Positions 37,711-52,190 are shown, numbered from the stretch's first letter. The stretch is DNA of 64,000 bases from Octopus sinensis (GCF_006345805.1 NC_043004.1:61876001-61940000), one strand, 5' to 3'. Notes: a model not told the origin generated them from the letters alone. Program-made: numbers and translations.

Positions 37711-38624
37711 TAGATTGCAGAAGCATACGTTCGCATATGAATACTTTTTGTGAACTCATTCAAAGGTATTTTATATTCTATCAATATGTAGATTTTTCAA
37801 TATATATCGACTTATATTTTGAAAAAGCGCATGTATTTGGAAAAAGTGCAATATAACAAACAAAACACACACCCCACGTACACGCACACAAATACACACA
37901 CAGACACACAAAAACACGTATATTTATATATACATTAGTACGTGTTCGATATTTGGGATGATTTTTTTTCATTTTATTTTATAAAATAATTTTCACCAGG
38001 TTCTCTAAATTGTAACATCAAGTGCATTCGATTTCAACTAAAACGTACAGCTTTAACGGAAAAACTTAAAGGAAAATACCTGCCTGTTAGGAGTGTTGAT
38101 TTGGGAATTATTTTTTATATTACACCTGGTTTGTGTACCAAATTGTAATTTGCCAGCTAAAGTGATATTTAGCATATAACATTGTTAAAAATACCCAAGC
38201 CTCACAGAATATCAATGGTTCTGCTATAATCCTCAACAAATTAATCATACATGAAAATTTACATACATGAAAACACACACACAGAAAGACATACATATAT
38301 AAATAGGCATACATATATGTATGCATTCGTACATATTCGTACATACATACGAATATACAAATCAACATACGCATATCAATGCATGCAAAAATGCATACAT
38401 GCATATATACATACGTACACACTTTGCATACATACATGCATACATAGCTACATGCATGCATAGAGAACGTTAGGGACATAGCGATACCGGAAGATGTTAG
38501 AAATGAGATACTTGAAGTAAATTTATACAATCAGTTTGAAAATGAAGTAAATCAGTATTTCATTTCAGTGATGGAACAAAGCCGACAACCTATTAAAATA
38601 CTACGTTTGTATATATATATCACA

Positions 38625-38683
<59 letters not shown>

Positions 38684-38961
38684 TAATAATCTAGTTGAGT
38701 AGTTTTGAATATGCTTGACCAGTGGTTTAAATTGATATTAATTTATTGATATCAATTTCTAGATTGCAGAAGCATACGTTCGCATATGAATACTTTTTGA
38801 GAACTTATTCAAAGATATTTTATATTCTATCAATATGTATATTTTTCAATATATATCGACTTATATTTTGAAAAAGTGCAATATAACAAACAAAACACCC
38901 CCCCACATACACGCACATAAATACACACACAGACACACACAAACACGTATATTTATATATA
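37711..38961 (+). repeat. Local direct duplication (37711-37932 and 38760-38961)
   Basis: Both copies start TAGATTGCAGAAGCATACGTTCGCATATGAATACTTTTTG. The second lacks ~19 bp between two GAAAAAG microhomologies. Confidence 0.9.
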
Positions 38962-39496
38962 GAACAATGTTATGTTTCTTAGTAGTGGGTCGTCTTGTTA
39001 TTAAAATCTGTTAATTCTTGCATTTTTGCTGACATAAAAGCCAAGTGCGAAGGATAATAACTGTGATAGTCACCGTTACTATAATATAGTTACATTTTAA
39101 TAGTGATCTTATTGATTTCGTCGTTGTGCACGTATGTGTTTGAAGTTTTCATCGACAATAGCCAACCAGTTACGAATTAGTATTAGATAATTATTACCTT
39201 TTGTATTTGATAATTACAGCGTAATAATTGGATAATTATACCTTAGGAATTACATTAATCATACTGCTGATGTTAGGCAAGTTTTCTAATTAATGAGTAT
39301 TTGTATCATAGTTACAATTGGTATGGGCATGGCTGCATCACAAATAAATTCACCTAGCTGCCATGGAGTTAGAATGTATAGTGTTGAGTCAAAAGTTTTG
39401 CAATATTTTGGTGATTTACTTGCTTCATTCAAGTTACAATCAAAGCAGAGTGTCGTGTAATTCAGAAGCTACTGTTTTGCACCGTATGAAGCCATC

Positions 39497-39729
39497 TTTC
39501 AGTCAGCTCTTTGCAACGATTCAGCTGATATCAGTCCATGTCCTTCAAGGCGAAGAATCCCTGCTCTGAAACGTCCAACTCCTCTTGGTTGATGAAGCGT
39601 TGCGAGCGCAGGAAGTGAGCCATGGATCAAGCAAATGAAAATCCGAGAGAACTGTGTCATCAGTTCAAATCCTTCAAGTAGCTGCAGTTAACTCTGGTTC
39701 GTTTGACTCAACACAATAATTTGGTAAGT
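39497..39729 (+). promoter_or_regulatory. Candidate first (mostly non-coding) exon with a strong splice donor
   Basis: Non-repetitive, CpG-bearing patch with TCAGTC/TCAGTT Inr-like motifs, GAGCCATGG (Kozak-like, 19-codon ORF) and G|GTAAGT at 39723/39724. Confidence 0.25.
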
Positions 39730-42287
39730 ACTGTCCAGAATCTCGTGTGTGTGAGTGCATATGAGTGTTACATGTGTAAGTATCAGAGCAGAGCGCGTAT
39801 TTTGGTGTATAAATGTGACGCAGAGTGTCAAAAGTTTGCTTGTGTCCGACTTATATATGATAAAATTCTTTTATAAACTTATCTATAAACAGAAGGAGTT
39901 ACGAATTTGTAGAAATGTTTAGAAAATAGTTACAAAGAAAGGTGGTGGAGAGCATAGAAATAGCTCGAAAATAGCTCAGAAATGGATATGAAGTGTGCGG
40001 AAGGAATTACACTGTTTTAAAAAGCGGGATTAGTAACGTTTAGGTTAATAAGGTAACTTGAAAATGTATATTATTTACATGCGTGTAGGGAATAAATATG
40101 GTTTTTAAAGTTAAATATCTAATTTATATTAATATTTCGACAGTATTTAACATTACAACAGATGTTTATGCCTACTTCTTATGTCACAATAAGTCAATGT
40201 TATTAATAATAATGCATTGTTAAAAACCTATAGAAATGACGTATTTATTATATGTTTGCATGTAGGATAATGATAATTTTAATGATAACATTTTACTGAT
40301 CAGATTAATAGGACCAACTGATGAAAGTCTGAAATCTGATCGTTAAATATTACAAAGAAATAAATTAATATATTGGAATGTTTTAGTACAATATAGTGTA
40401 TATTTTTCTTGCGTATAGACAGGCCATGTACCATATTTTGGGTGAAAATTAGTTTAGATATTGATCAACCCCGAAGTAGCTGACTTCGGCAGTATGTTAT
40501 AGTACAGATATACTTCACTGTACACCTTAAGGTATTTTGTCTGTCAGTCAACCAGCAAATGTTCTACTTAATGATACCATGACAGAAGAGCTGCTGTTAT
40601 TATCGTTGTTTTCTTCCTGGGGTGAATACTAACAACCAAGCGGATACATAAATAAATGCCTTTCGGTTGTCATCTCTCGGGGCCTCTTCTTTATTTTTTA
40701 TGTTTTATATTTGACATTACTACACATTTAAAAAACATTGTGTAAATTCGTGAGCCTCTTTCTTTTAGGTCACATATATATATTTTATATATTTTTGGAA
40801 ATATATAACTATGTAATGTATATTGGGGAAAATGCAGTAGATACAGGGTTCAATACATGCTATGTATATAGCAAAATATAAAAAAAAAATATACGTCGGT
40901 CCAATATAAAATCACAATATTACGACTCAGAAAAAGTTTATTACATGTTTTAGAAGTTTTGGATTTAAACTTATTGTAAGAACAGATACTTACGTAGAAA
41001 ACATTTTGCACATTATTCTGAGTATCACGTCAATTACTTACAACCACTATACAGGAAAATAAAAAAGTGATGTACGTAATACTGAGGAAAACGTAACCGA
41101 AAACATTTTCAAAATGAAAAGTTAGTTAACTGTGTTGCTGCACTTCATAATTATACTCAGAGCTGAATCTGTCTCAAGTGATGTTACACTGATATCACTC
41201 CATGTGTAATATTATACAAGACATAACAAGTAGGAGAAAATAAACTAGTGTATCGTAGTTTTCAGGCTGATAACTAATATTACCAGTTCTATAAATTTAT
41301 TCAGCAAACACCTCTTTAGTAGCCAAATGCTCCATAAAATATTATTTGGCTATAGTTTAAATTGTATATTACTATTAGTTAAATGATTTCATTACATATG
41401 TACCTACAACAAAATATTCCTCCCATAGTGAATTTCTCTTAACAGTTGTAACTCCCGGTATGGAAAATTGTTTCGATTGCTGTAGAATATTTTTTCATTT
41501 GTGCCATCCTTTCCACTATCAATAACAATTTTCATACAAGATGTCATCTAAGCCTTAACGTGAATTCATACAAAAACCGATATGCTGAGCATAGAGGCAA
41601 GTGCTGTCATGAAGTTTAAAAAAAATATCACTTTCAAATGGCATTTGAATTTTCAAAGAAAAATATATCTTCATGTGCATAATTCGTAATCTATGATTGA
41701 ATCAGAATCAAACCTACATTAATTGACAAATGCGTTGGTGCTGTGGATCAGAAAATTCTTCTGGTATAAACAGAGAACTACCCTACTAAATTCAAGATAT
41801 ACTTTGAGGTGTGCATTTCCTTAAAAATACATTACAATTTATTAACTACCTACAACGTCTTTTATACGTATGATCTTCTAATTTCCTATAGAATCTTAGA
41901 TTTCCCGAATCTTACTCCCTTCTCTATCTCTCACTCTCACGCACTCTTAATATATATATATTGATAAAAATGGTAATACAACAAACGAATGAAAGAGACC
42001 TCGATATTACGTAAATTTGGCGGTCATTCAAATAACTCCGCTGTCTTAACAACAGTCAATCACACAGTAATTTGCCTTTGTATAACGGTCATTTTTCATA
42101 GCATTTTTCCGATGACCAGATAATTGAAGAGATAACGGCGTGGATGTCCACCTCGCAGTTTTATCATGGCATCCGAATGCTTGACACATATTACATTTAC
42201 AAATATATATATATATATATATATATTTGTAAAAAATGAAGTTCGAAAATGCTGCTGTATTATACAATTTTTAATTTTTATATATAC

Positions 42288-42330
42288 ATTATAACATGTT
42301 TCAGTTCCTGAAATGAACCTTATCAAAAAA
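42288..42330 (-). ncRNA. Decayed hammerhead-like motif
   Basis: Minus strand TTGATAA-GGTTC..GGAACT-GAAA-CATGTT. Two core substitutions and no good helix I. Confidence 0.3.
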
Positions 42331-42653
42331 AGTTATATATAAAAAAAGACAGCTCATGCCGTCAAACACAAGAAATTCATTTATAATACACAACGGAGTC
42401 AGACATCTTAGAGTTCATGTATAGTTGATATATAGTTTGAAGTATATGTTCAAAGTGTTCGATGCAGTGGCCCACGGTGGCGATACGTATTCAATACAAA
42501 AAACAGATCAAAGTGGTGGAAAGCGGTCAATACAGAAGACTGATGTTTCCGAAAGCGCGAGGAATTCATTTTTACCTTAAGCAATTGTGATGACCCATGG
42601 TGGAATTTCGCTGGGTGGTTCTAGTGGTTCGCTGGGTGGTTCTGGGTGGTTCA

Positions 42654-42686
<33 letters not shown>

Positions 42687-42694
42687 GATAGAGA

Positions 42695-43090
42695 GAGAGG
42701 GTGCAACAAAGCATTAGACACATATGAAAGTTTAATGAATGTGAAATATAATAAAGAACGAAAATGTACTTTTATTGTCGAAATATTCATATAATGCCAT
42801 TTGATTCAATTGGTATCATTTGTGACAGTTTTTCCTTTCGTTTACACCTGCCAAAATTCATTGAACGGGCGAGCATCGAACTTTCATTGTGGAAATGTTT
42901 ATCAAGAATAACGAATGCGTAACTGCAACACAAAGACCGTGCCATGTGCACTCCAGGCCTGATAGGTATGATCGCGTACCTACTCGAAACACGATTCTGT
43001 TAGCATTACCAACTTAGGAGCTAATAGATCGGCATTAGAACGAAAATTAACCGGCTGACATCGGACCGCCAGGACTTCGGAATATGTCTG
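42695..43090 (+). mobile_element. Tc1/mariner-type remnant (left end plus N-terminal HTH)
   Basis: GAGGGTGCAACAAA terminus-like motif. Translation GEHRTFIVEMFIKNNECVTATQR..RVPTRNTILL then, after a frameshift, SALERKLTG*HRTARTSEYV, which is typical of mariner-like transposase N-termini. Confidence 0.7.
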
Positions 43091-43599
43091 CTCGTCTGCA
43101 TTTTCACATATTCACGAAGTGACACTCGTGAACACGCGGGTAAACAAACTCAAGCATACACACATTTGTATGTTTGTATGTGGAATTTCTAACGATGACT
43201 GACAAAAAAGAGAAACAGAAACCCAATGGTCAAACACACATACGTAGAAACTTTATATATTTGTGCTTATCCTAAATTATAATTACGATAAACACAACTT
43301 TGTATAATTTAATTCTTATTGAGTTTGGCCATCCTGTTTTTTCTTTTTAATCTGATTGGAAATTCCACCTGCGGTTAGATGCTTATCTGTAACAGATCAA
43401 GTAGGAGACCTTAACGCATTTTTTAGAAGGATATTATGACTAGATTTTGTCAGATAATGGTGAGGATATCTGTAAATATTTTCACGTGTATTGGAAAGAA
43501 ATATAAAGCCGCAGAAAAAAAACAAAGAGAAACGAACTAACTATAGAAAGGGAGATAATCTGATTATACTTGTATCAGCAATAAATAAAACAGCGTCCG

Positions 43600-43820
43600 T
43601 TTGCTATAGACTTGATCCTACTTTCTATTGTTCTACGCAAAACCAACAAACTGTACGAGCTGAGGAAGTATGGGTATTGTCTCAACTACCTTATCTACAC
43701 TGATGTTTAAAGCTGTTTACAAAAAGAGAGACTGAGAGGGAGATGATGGTCTGAGTTTCTACAAATGTGCAGCAACGATATAGGGATGGAAGTTAATCTC
43801 AAAACATGTGCTGCTATTTT
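43600..43820 (+). pseudogene. Old R4/Dong-type RT fragment
   Basis: LSIVLRKTNKLYEL..LNYLIYTDV / LKLFTK / CSNDIGMEVNLKTCA resemble PLS..L...INHLLYMDDLKLYA...FS.DIGM.FGL.KCA. Confidence 0.55.
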
Positions 43821-44069
43821 TGAAATGGTGGGAACAGCACATTGCAGGAAATAATAGCATTACAAAACAGAATTTGTGGGAGGTTATATTTGAATATGAA
43901 CAAGTGTTAAAATAATAAAATAAGAAGAGTAACAGACGAGTGAAGTAAAAATATAGTACGTGTGTTTATTTCGCATAAAACCCCCAAAATATGTGACCAT
44001 ACCGAAACACAAAGATATCTGTTTCAACACCAGATTCCACATCAGGAATGTTGCAAAACGAATTGGTAA

Positions 44070-44103
<34 letters not shown>

Positions 44104-44656
44104 GCATGTATATGTATACATATATATACACATACAGTACAGAGGAAGAAAAAACAGGCAAACTGGTATTTGCTGAGAACATTGAATTTATGTACTAAGC
44201 ATAATTGCAGAGTTATTACAATAGATTGGCCAGATTGCCTTATATCGTAAACAACATTTGGCTAAAAATATATGCTGATAGCCTCCAAAATATGTTCGAG
44301 AATAGATGCGTTCAGAGTGTATATGTCAGTGAATGGTTATAGCCTTTCCATGTGGTAGGAGTTTATTCCTTTTTCAGAGAGGAGAATGATGTGGATCTTT
44401 TTGTTTAGAGTAGTTCAATCGTAGAAGAGAATTTTTCTTTCATCCTCTTCACTATTCACCAAATCAAACATTTCCGAGCACTGTTGTTTGTATTCGCTAA
44501 CCTCTCTGTATATCTGTCTTTATACTTATGCTTTGTGCATAGATATATATATCACAAACTACAGCCTGATCTCGGTAAAATTTCAGGAATGTAAATACAT
44601 TTTGTCCGGCACACGTTGACATGTGTGTGCATGTATGTATATGTATATATATATTA

Positions 44657-45195
44657 TGTCAGGTCACTTTCTAATGCTACTGGTAACATGTAACCCAGTA
44701 CAACCTGTTGCATGGTCGGGTCGTCGGCGACTAAACCGACAACCCCACCAAGCTTGCTTTGTGAGGAGGGCACCCTGCGGGATGAAACACAAAACCCGTC
44801 AAAGGGCGGAGGAACTCTTGAGAGTTAACGGCTATCCAATAAATGTATTAAGGCTTTGTCATGCGCGGGGACATAGAAATAATCGGACTGAATACTCGAT
44901 CACGCGTTTAAACCATTGGGAGTGAAGGACTCCTAGCCTTTGTTAGGGCATCGTTCTAGGAAAAGGTAACTCAGATAACTGGGATAACTCCGACATAAAA
45001 CCTGTTGTTACCGATGATGTTGACTTGTTCTTCTTTTCGGATTATGGCTGCTGTTACTTAGTGAGTGGGATTGACTCAGTGCACAGCCTTTCCTCACTTT
45101 AAAAATGAAATCTTCGTGCACAGGCATTGCACGAAAACAACATTGATTAAGCTTCGTGTAATGGCCATACTCGATAACGAGGTTGCAGCCACCAT
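44657..45195 (+). mobile_element. GC-richer interspersed repeat resembling a LINE 5' UTR or LINE-related SINE
   Basis: Abrupt rise in GC between TA tracts, with motifs such as CTAGGAAAAGGTAACTC..AAACCT. Family not firmly identified. Confidence 0.4.
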
Positions 45196-45251
<56 letters not shown>

Positions 45252-47111
45252 TATTTGTGCATTTTCCTCCAACCAAACTAAAAGGTGAATACACTTATAG
45301 AATGAAGATCATTGTAAATACTTTTGTACTGGTTCTTGTAACGTGAAATTGACCTGTATTTGCCATGGGATTTCCAGGAGAGTTTCTTAGCCATGCGAAA
45401 ACATTAATATCGCAGAGCTTTCTTGAACTTCCTTGTAAATCCTCTTAAGCTGAAATTGATCAGTATGAAATGGTTTCTCTAGTCAGCATATTATGAAAAT
45501 TGAATTATACGTCAAAATTCTGAAACTAATAATTTACCATTTCATCTATATGATGCACACGCCTTTCATAATTCTCGGATATTACATCTTGCCGAAATAG
45601 CTTTTAATTTTATAAAGGTAAAAATGCTTTAAATGCATTTTGTCTCAGTCTTAAATCAAAATATCAAAATTCATATGAATAATATTCAGAACAAGTGGAA
45701 CATTCAAGTTATTGTCGTACGTAAGCTACTACATAGAACGGCCTTCTTCCGCACAACGCTTATAAATCACTTGTATAAGAATGTCACCCTCACGTTGCAA
45801 AAGAAGCTCAATGAAATAATATTTTATTCAGTTGTGAATATATTCATACTGATTTATTCATTCGAAATGTTTCTTGAACCACTTCAGATGCAAAGATATT
45901 GGCTTTGTATTCCTTTTATTATATTCGTAATTATTTTATGCACTCTTGTTTCAGGAAACATATGATGATGTAGAAAAACTTTTAGAATTGCCTTAGATTT
46001 TCCCTCATATGCGATACATAAAAGATGAAATATCATTTATATTGCCTGGTTTTTCAGATAACACTTGTATAAATTGTGTAAGTAATTTTCATGTGATTTA
46101 TCGACATTTGACTGAGTGTTCACACACCTCTCCATTTCTATGAAGAGGACATATTATACTTTCACAATTTATTAAATAATAGATCTTTGTCGTCAATATT
46201 ATAGCTAACAAAAGATCATTTTACGTTATCACAATCTATTTTTCTACGGTGTGAATTTAAAGTTAATGCCGTGTTAAATGGTTCTATCCATTCAATTTCA
46301 AGGTAGACAATTACAAAGAGACAACTTTCTGAATCCATATTATTCATAGTTCTATATGTGTGAGTGTACAGAATTATAACTATATTCACTAGCGGTTGAA
46401 ACAATTTCATTGTTCATTAATTTTCTTTCATAATTTTGAACCTACAATTTGGAACAATAACAAGTGGCAAATTTTATAAATTGTATTACCTTAGTTAAAC
46501 TTCTCTACACTATTTAACTATTTTCCTATGAACCTGACTTCGAAGTCTACCATGTTGTTCATTATGTTTAATCCTACCAGTTTGAAATAATATCAACAGT
46601 GTCACAAAATGTAAAAGAGATGTGTAACCGCGCGTTGAATTCACTAACAGGTGCTAGGTTATATTTTGCGTTCTATAACATCTAAAATAATTAGTTTAGA
46701 GGAGTTTTAATATCTCAAACTTAATTTTTGTATATATTAATCCAAAGGTTTAATGAACAGGAAACATTTTGAAAACGTATATCATTCACGTCATTTGCAG
46801 GCGTATAAAAAAGTTCACAGCATGATCATATATGATTATGTTATAAAATAATAGTGTATTTATGAAGAGGATAGAATTTAGCTTGCTTTAGTGTTACTAT
46901 GGAATTTACTTCAAAATGAGAGAGATACCTCCCATTATATGCGACAAAATGTAGGTCTGTTGTGAATAACTTAATCATGAATGAAACTGCTCTTTCAGCT
47001 GGATTAATGGGAAATATGACAACAACTAACATGTCCAATGAATGTTTATAAATATCTAACGAGTGATTTCTCTATATTCTAAAATACTGGAAACTAAAGA
47101 ATATATTCTAA

Positions 47112-47456
47112 TATGGAAGCACTCGGTCGGTTACAACGACGAGGGTTCCGGTTGATCCGATCAACGGAACAGCCTGCTCGTGAAATTAACGTATAAGTGG
47201 CTGAGAACTCCACAGACACGTGTACCCTTAACGTAGTTCTCGGGGATATTCAGCGTGACACAGAGAGTGACAAGGCCGGCCCTTTGAAATACAGGCACAA
47301 CAGAAACAGGAAGTAAGAGAGAGAGAGAGAGAGAGAGAGTTGTGGTGAAAGAGTACAGCAGGGATCACCACCATCCCCTGCCGTAGCATCGTGGAGCTTT
47401 AGGTGTCTTCGCTCAAAAAACACTCACAACGCCCGGTCTGGGAATCGAAACCGCCT
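47112..47456 (-). mobile_element. 5'-truncated SINE with an internal (CT)n tract
   Basis: The reverse complement starts at B-box GGTTTCGATTCCC, then CGGGCGTTGTGAGTG..TTGAGCGAAGACAC, and ends ..GTAACCGACCGAGTGCTTCCAT. Confidence 0.8.
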
Positions 47457-47748
47457 CCACATTCTAATATAATGTCCAAAGAAAGCAATCAATGATATGG
47501 TTGTTGGAGGGTTGATGAAATGACGAACAAATCCATATTTATGTAGTAAATTCAGCGGTAATTAAGGTAATTAAGAGAGATCCGAAATTTTATGACAATC
47601 TACGAAACTATCATAAAATTTTCTGTAATTTTCACTCCTGAAATTTATCTAATTAATGGTAACTAGTAAGTCACATGTCGGTAGTACATCGGTGTAACTC
47701 TGAAATGATGCAAATTACAGGGTATGAATATATATATATACGTGTATA

Positions 47749-47858
<110 letters not shown>

Positions 47859-47932
47859 TAGAGAGAGAGAGAGAGGGAGAGAGAGAGATATATACATGTA
47901 TATATATTCATATATGTATATATATACATACG

Positions 47933-47963
<31 letters not shown>

Positions 47964-48665
47964 CATATATATACATATAGATACATATACATATATATAC
48001 ATATATATGTATACGTATGTGTGTATATATATATATGTATATATGTGTGTGTGTGTGTGCGTGTGTGCGTTAATTGATATATATATGCATGCATTGTTCG
48101 TTTCAAGATAATTTGAAGAAATTAATTGACCCAATGGATAAAACTCTGACCGTAATAGAAGTCTGACAACAGTTCGAGGTTTATTCTCCAAAGTTGATGT
48201 TACTGCAATCAATCTCTATTTACTTTTCTGTCCCAGTTTCAGATTAGATACAATTAAAGAAGCGGTATTGTGATTGCAATCTAAATATTGGATGCGTGAC
48301 AAAAGTCTAGAATAAACTTGGATGAGTATATTTCTTTGGGCATATTTGTCAACACAATGGAGAAATACCATATATATGATAACTATCTAATTATCATACT
48401 TCATATATACACGCGGGTTATAGGCCAGTTGCTGTAGTATTTGTCCTGAGATGACACCACTTACATATATATTTGTATGAAATGTGCAATAGTAACAAGA
48501 GGAAAATTAAAAGTTGTCCACGCAGAGGCTGGCATCAAAGCCAGTCGAATATTTTCATCTGAGTTGCATTGAAATTGATTGCTTATTTTCAATCAGAATA
48601 AGTTACAGTAGTATTACTTACATTATTTACATTTAACGGATATTTGTCATAATTTGTTTGTTGTT

Positions 48666-48713
48666 AACACAACGCTTCGGCTGATATACCCCCGAGCATT
48701 CGTCAGTTGTCTT
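48666..48713 (-). ncRNA. Decayed hammerhead in a short unit directly beyond the LINE (AAT)n tail
   Basis: Minus strand GACAA-CTGACGA-ATGCTC..CAGCC-GAAG-CGTT-GTGTT. GAAA is changed to GAAG and helices I and II are partly broken. Confidence 0.45.
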
Positions 48714-48784
48714 GGGGAAATTTCGAACCTGGGTTCTCATTCCTAAGGTATTTTTCGATGTTATTATTATTATTATTATTATTA

Positions 48785-49172
48785 TTCAGTAGTTTTATTT
48801 TTATAGCGTGCTTTCACTTCACTACCGAGCGCAGCTCTGTGTGCCTTGGGTATGTGCTGTGATTTGTTGTGATGCTCTGATGGTTATTGTATGGAAAGTG
48901 TTCTGCGTAGGATGTGTGCAGTGCCTAGTAATGCAATTTTCTGTATGTTATATGTGTTTGTAAGTGCTGGTGTTTTTGTTATGTATTTGTCTGAATATTT
49001 TTTTTTCATGACTAATGCACCTACTATGATAGGAATTATTTCTGTTTTTAGATTCCACATTCTGGTTACATCTATTTCCAGGTCTTTGTATTTTGAAAGT
49101 TTCTCCATTTCTTTTAGAGACACGTTGTCATCAGCCGGTATTGATACATCAATTAGAAAGCAGTTTTTTTTT
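48785..49172 (-). mobile_element. Short 3' fragment of the same young R4/Dong family as 15019-17095
   Basis: Near-identical C-terminus (KEMEKLSKYKDLEI..QKIALLGTAHILRRTLSIQ) and 3' UTR, with (TTA)n on the tail side. Confidence 0.92.
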
Positions 49173-49194
49173 TCTTCTTCTTCTTCTTCTTCTT

Positions 49195-49283
<89 letters not shown>

Positions 49284-49367
49284 CATTAACATTATTATTA
49301 TTATTATTATTATTATCATTATTATTATTATCATTATTATTATTATCATTATTATTATTGTTATTGC

Positions 49368-49404
<37 letters not shown>

Positions 49405-49431
49405 ATTATTATTATTATTATTAATATTATT

Positions 49432-49520
<89 letters not shown>

Positions 49521-49539
49521 CATTATTATTATTATTATT
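49173..49539. repeat. (TTC)n-(TTA)n microsatellite between two LINE copies
   Basis: Read directly from the sequence. Confidence 0.95.
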
Positions 49540-51150
49540 GCCCTTACACAGTTTCTACTACTGGAGATGTACTACAGTGTCAGCTGTTCATTGCCAGTGA
49601 ACTAAGGTAACACCTCTTATTTTTCCAGCACCTTCCAAAGCATAAGAGTGGTTCCAAGCAGTGCTGTTTTCTGCAAGTGCTCCAACCGAAATTGCTGCCC
49701 CTATTTGTTCTACGTACTTCTCGAGTCTTTTGCTTACTGTTCCCATAGTTGCGACAATTATTGGTACTACATCTACCTTTTCATCGACCACAACTGCTTA
49801 ACTTCCCAAGCTAACCTGTTATATCTTTCGACAGTTCTTTCTTCCTTGTCGCATATCTTGTTTTCAGTTGGTCATGCTATATCTATGATCCAGCATAGTT
49901 TACTTTCTTTATCAATTAAGACTATGTCCGGCTTCCTGTTCTCTATCACATGGTCACACTGAATCATAAAATCTCATAGGATCTTTGCATTTCTATTTTC
50001 GACGATGCCTTCAGGTTTGTGGTCGTACCAATTGTTTGCTCAGTCAAGTCATTACATTTTGCAAAGTGTCCAATAGACAAGCCTGGCTATATAGTCGTGG
50101 CGTCTCTTATAATACTCCTGGCGTACATTGGCTGGAAATATGCCATACTTTTACACCGTTTTGTCCATAGATTCTGCACTTATCACATTCTGCTGTATTT
50201 TATTCTGTATTTTATGTAGTTTGCTCTTAGTGCTTGCTCTTGGGCAGCATAGATTAGAGCCTCCGTTTCCACTTTTAAAACATTTTAGTCATCCACAGCC
50301 ATCTTCTTTCTCTGTCTGTCTTATCTTCAAGATCTCTTTGAAATAGACCATACGTTCTTTTCTTTACCCCCCCTGTTTTCAGCTTCATACGTTTTCAAAT
50401 TCTTGTATAGTACTTTATCTTTGCAATCTTTCATCATACTGACCTACTTAGGTATATGCTTTAAGTATATGTTTCCTCTCTCATTAATTATTAGGAATGT
50501 CCATTCTTTTCTCATTCATTTGCTGCAACGTTGGAGATATATATGTTCTTATGAATGCTTGTCCCACAAAATGTTTAGTCTCATCCTATCAATCATGCAA
50601 ACATAAAGTTCTTTAATGACTAGAATATTATAAAAGTTTCGTTTCTCTTTCTTGTCTGAGAAGAAAAGGCGGTTGTGTGGAATTTTTTACATACCATGCT
50701 ACGTTGATTTTTTCTTCTCTAATGTTGTGTTCGCATCAAATAAGTCATCTTCCCGCTCGTTTTCTTGGTATATACAGTCTGTCAGTGTCACGTTTTGGGT
50801 GAAGTGACCCATATCTAGTTAGCAACTTGCCTTGTCTTTCTGTCTAAGCTCTTTACTTCATTTACGGTCCATGCAATTACCCTTGCTCTATATCTAAGGC
50901 GTGAAACCTCCCAGGTGTTGCTAGCTTCGATCTTATTCCTTCCGTTTAATTTCGAATTAAGTATCAGTCTCAGTCTGCGCAAGTCCTCCACCTTAAATTT
51001 TTCTGTCATTTCTTTCTCCATTAATTTATCCATTTCCAAAATCCCCAGGTACTTATAGCCCGTCTCTTCTATCTGCTTCATAACTTTCCCCGACGGTATC
51101 TTTAGCCTGTCCATATACTTAATTTTGCTATCTGCACTGAAGGTATACAC
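49540..51150 (-). mobile_element. Older R4/Dong-clade LINE of a different subfamily, 5'-truncated and degenerate
   Basis: YKYLGILE, LRLILNSKLNGRNKI, DRKTR; CRIYG..WHISSQC; RRHD; RKPDIVLIDK..WIIDIA; VVPIIV; LQKTALLGT. Confidence 0.88.
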
Positions 51151-51579
51151 CGTATCAACGAGGAACTGACTTGGACTTCATCTTTACCATAAAGTTGTAG
51201 TATTATTGTAGTATTAGTAGTATTTAGTATTAGCGGCTGCACCATATTATTATTATTTTTATTTTTATCATTATCACCACCACCACCACCACTACCATTG
51301 TTGGAAGGAGTAGCTGGGTAGTAGTTTGATGAATAGATCATATTCTTCAGGTTTATAAATACATTCAGCAGGTGGTGGCCACACAGACAAAAGAATCTAC
51401 GCACCCTTGCTCTCACTCTTTCAAGGTTACCAGCTTCCTTCACTTAGATATCCGTATCATACGGACACAAACATATACACACATATGTACAGAGAAATCT
51501 AGGTAGATAGATAGATGTGTGCGTGTGCACATGTGCCTATATATACATACATATATATGTATATATATACATACTTATA

Positions 51580-51633
<54 letters not shown>

Positions 51634-52190
51634 TGAATATATATATATGTGTAAATATATATATATATACGCACACAAATACATATACATACATATTAGG
51701 AAAAAATGTTACCACGCATATATAGCACGAAGAAATTAGAAAAGTTGTCGATGGTATAAAGGAATGAGAATAGTTATGCATTTCTATCGTCGACACTGTG
51801 TGTTGAATAAATTATCCAAGGATAGTTAATTAAGTGACAGTCATAGTGCTATGTACTAAATTCATAACAGGTACCAATGCACCTTATAGGTGGACAGTGT
51901 CGCGTGATTTCTCTGACAGATGGGTATAGTTGTAAGTTTGATTTGGCTGCCAAACTTTTTTGATCAAATTCATTTACTGTCGTCAACAGTGAAGCTTCTA
52001 CAACGACACAAAATGATGTACATAATATGTATATATAGCTATACACACTAACACGCACACACATACACACAGAAGCGCACATATATGAAGAGAGAATCTC
52101 TTAACTTCTTATGACAGTAATGAATGTGTACTCATATTACGTTTGCTCTGAATTCATTAAGGCACTTGATGATTTTGTGTCATTTCACAA

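Noticed and set aside
39545-39580. GAAACGTC preceded by GCGAAGA
   Set aside because: The core is too divergent and there are no flanking helices.
40318-40350. CTGATGA-AAGTCT-GAAA-TCTGATC hammerhead-like string
   Set aside because: Helix II is marginal and helix I cannot form.
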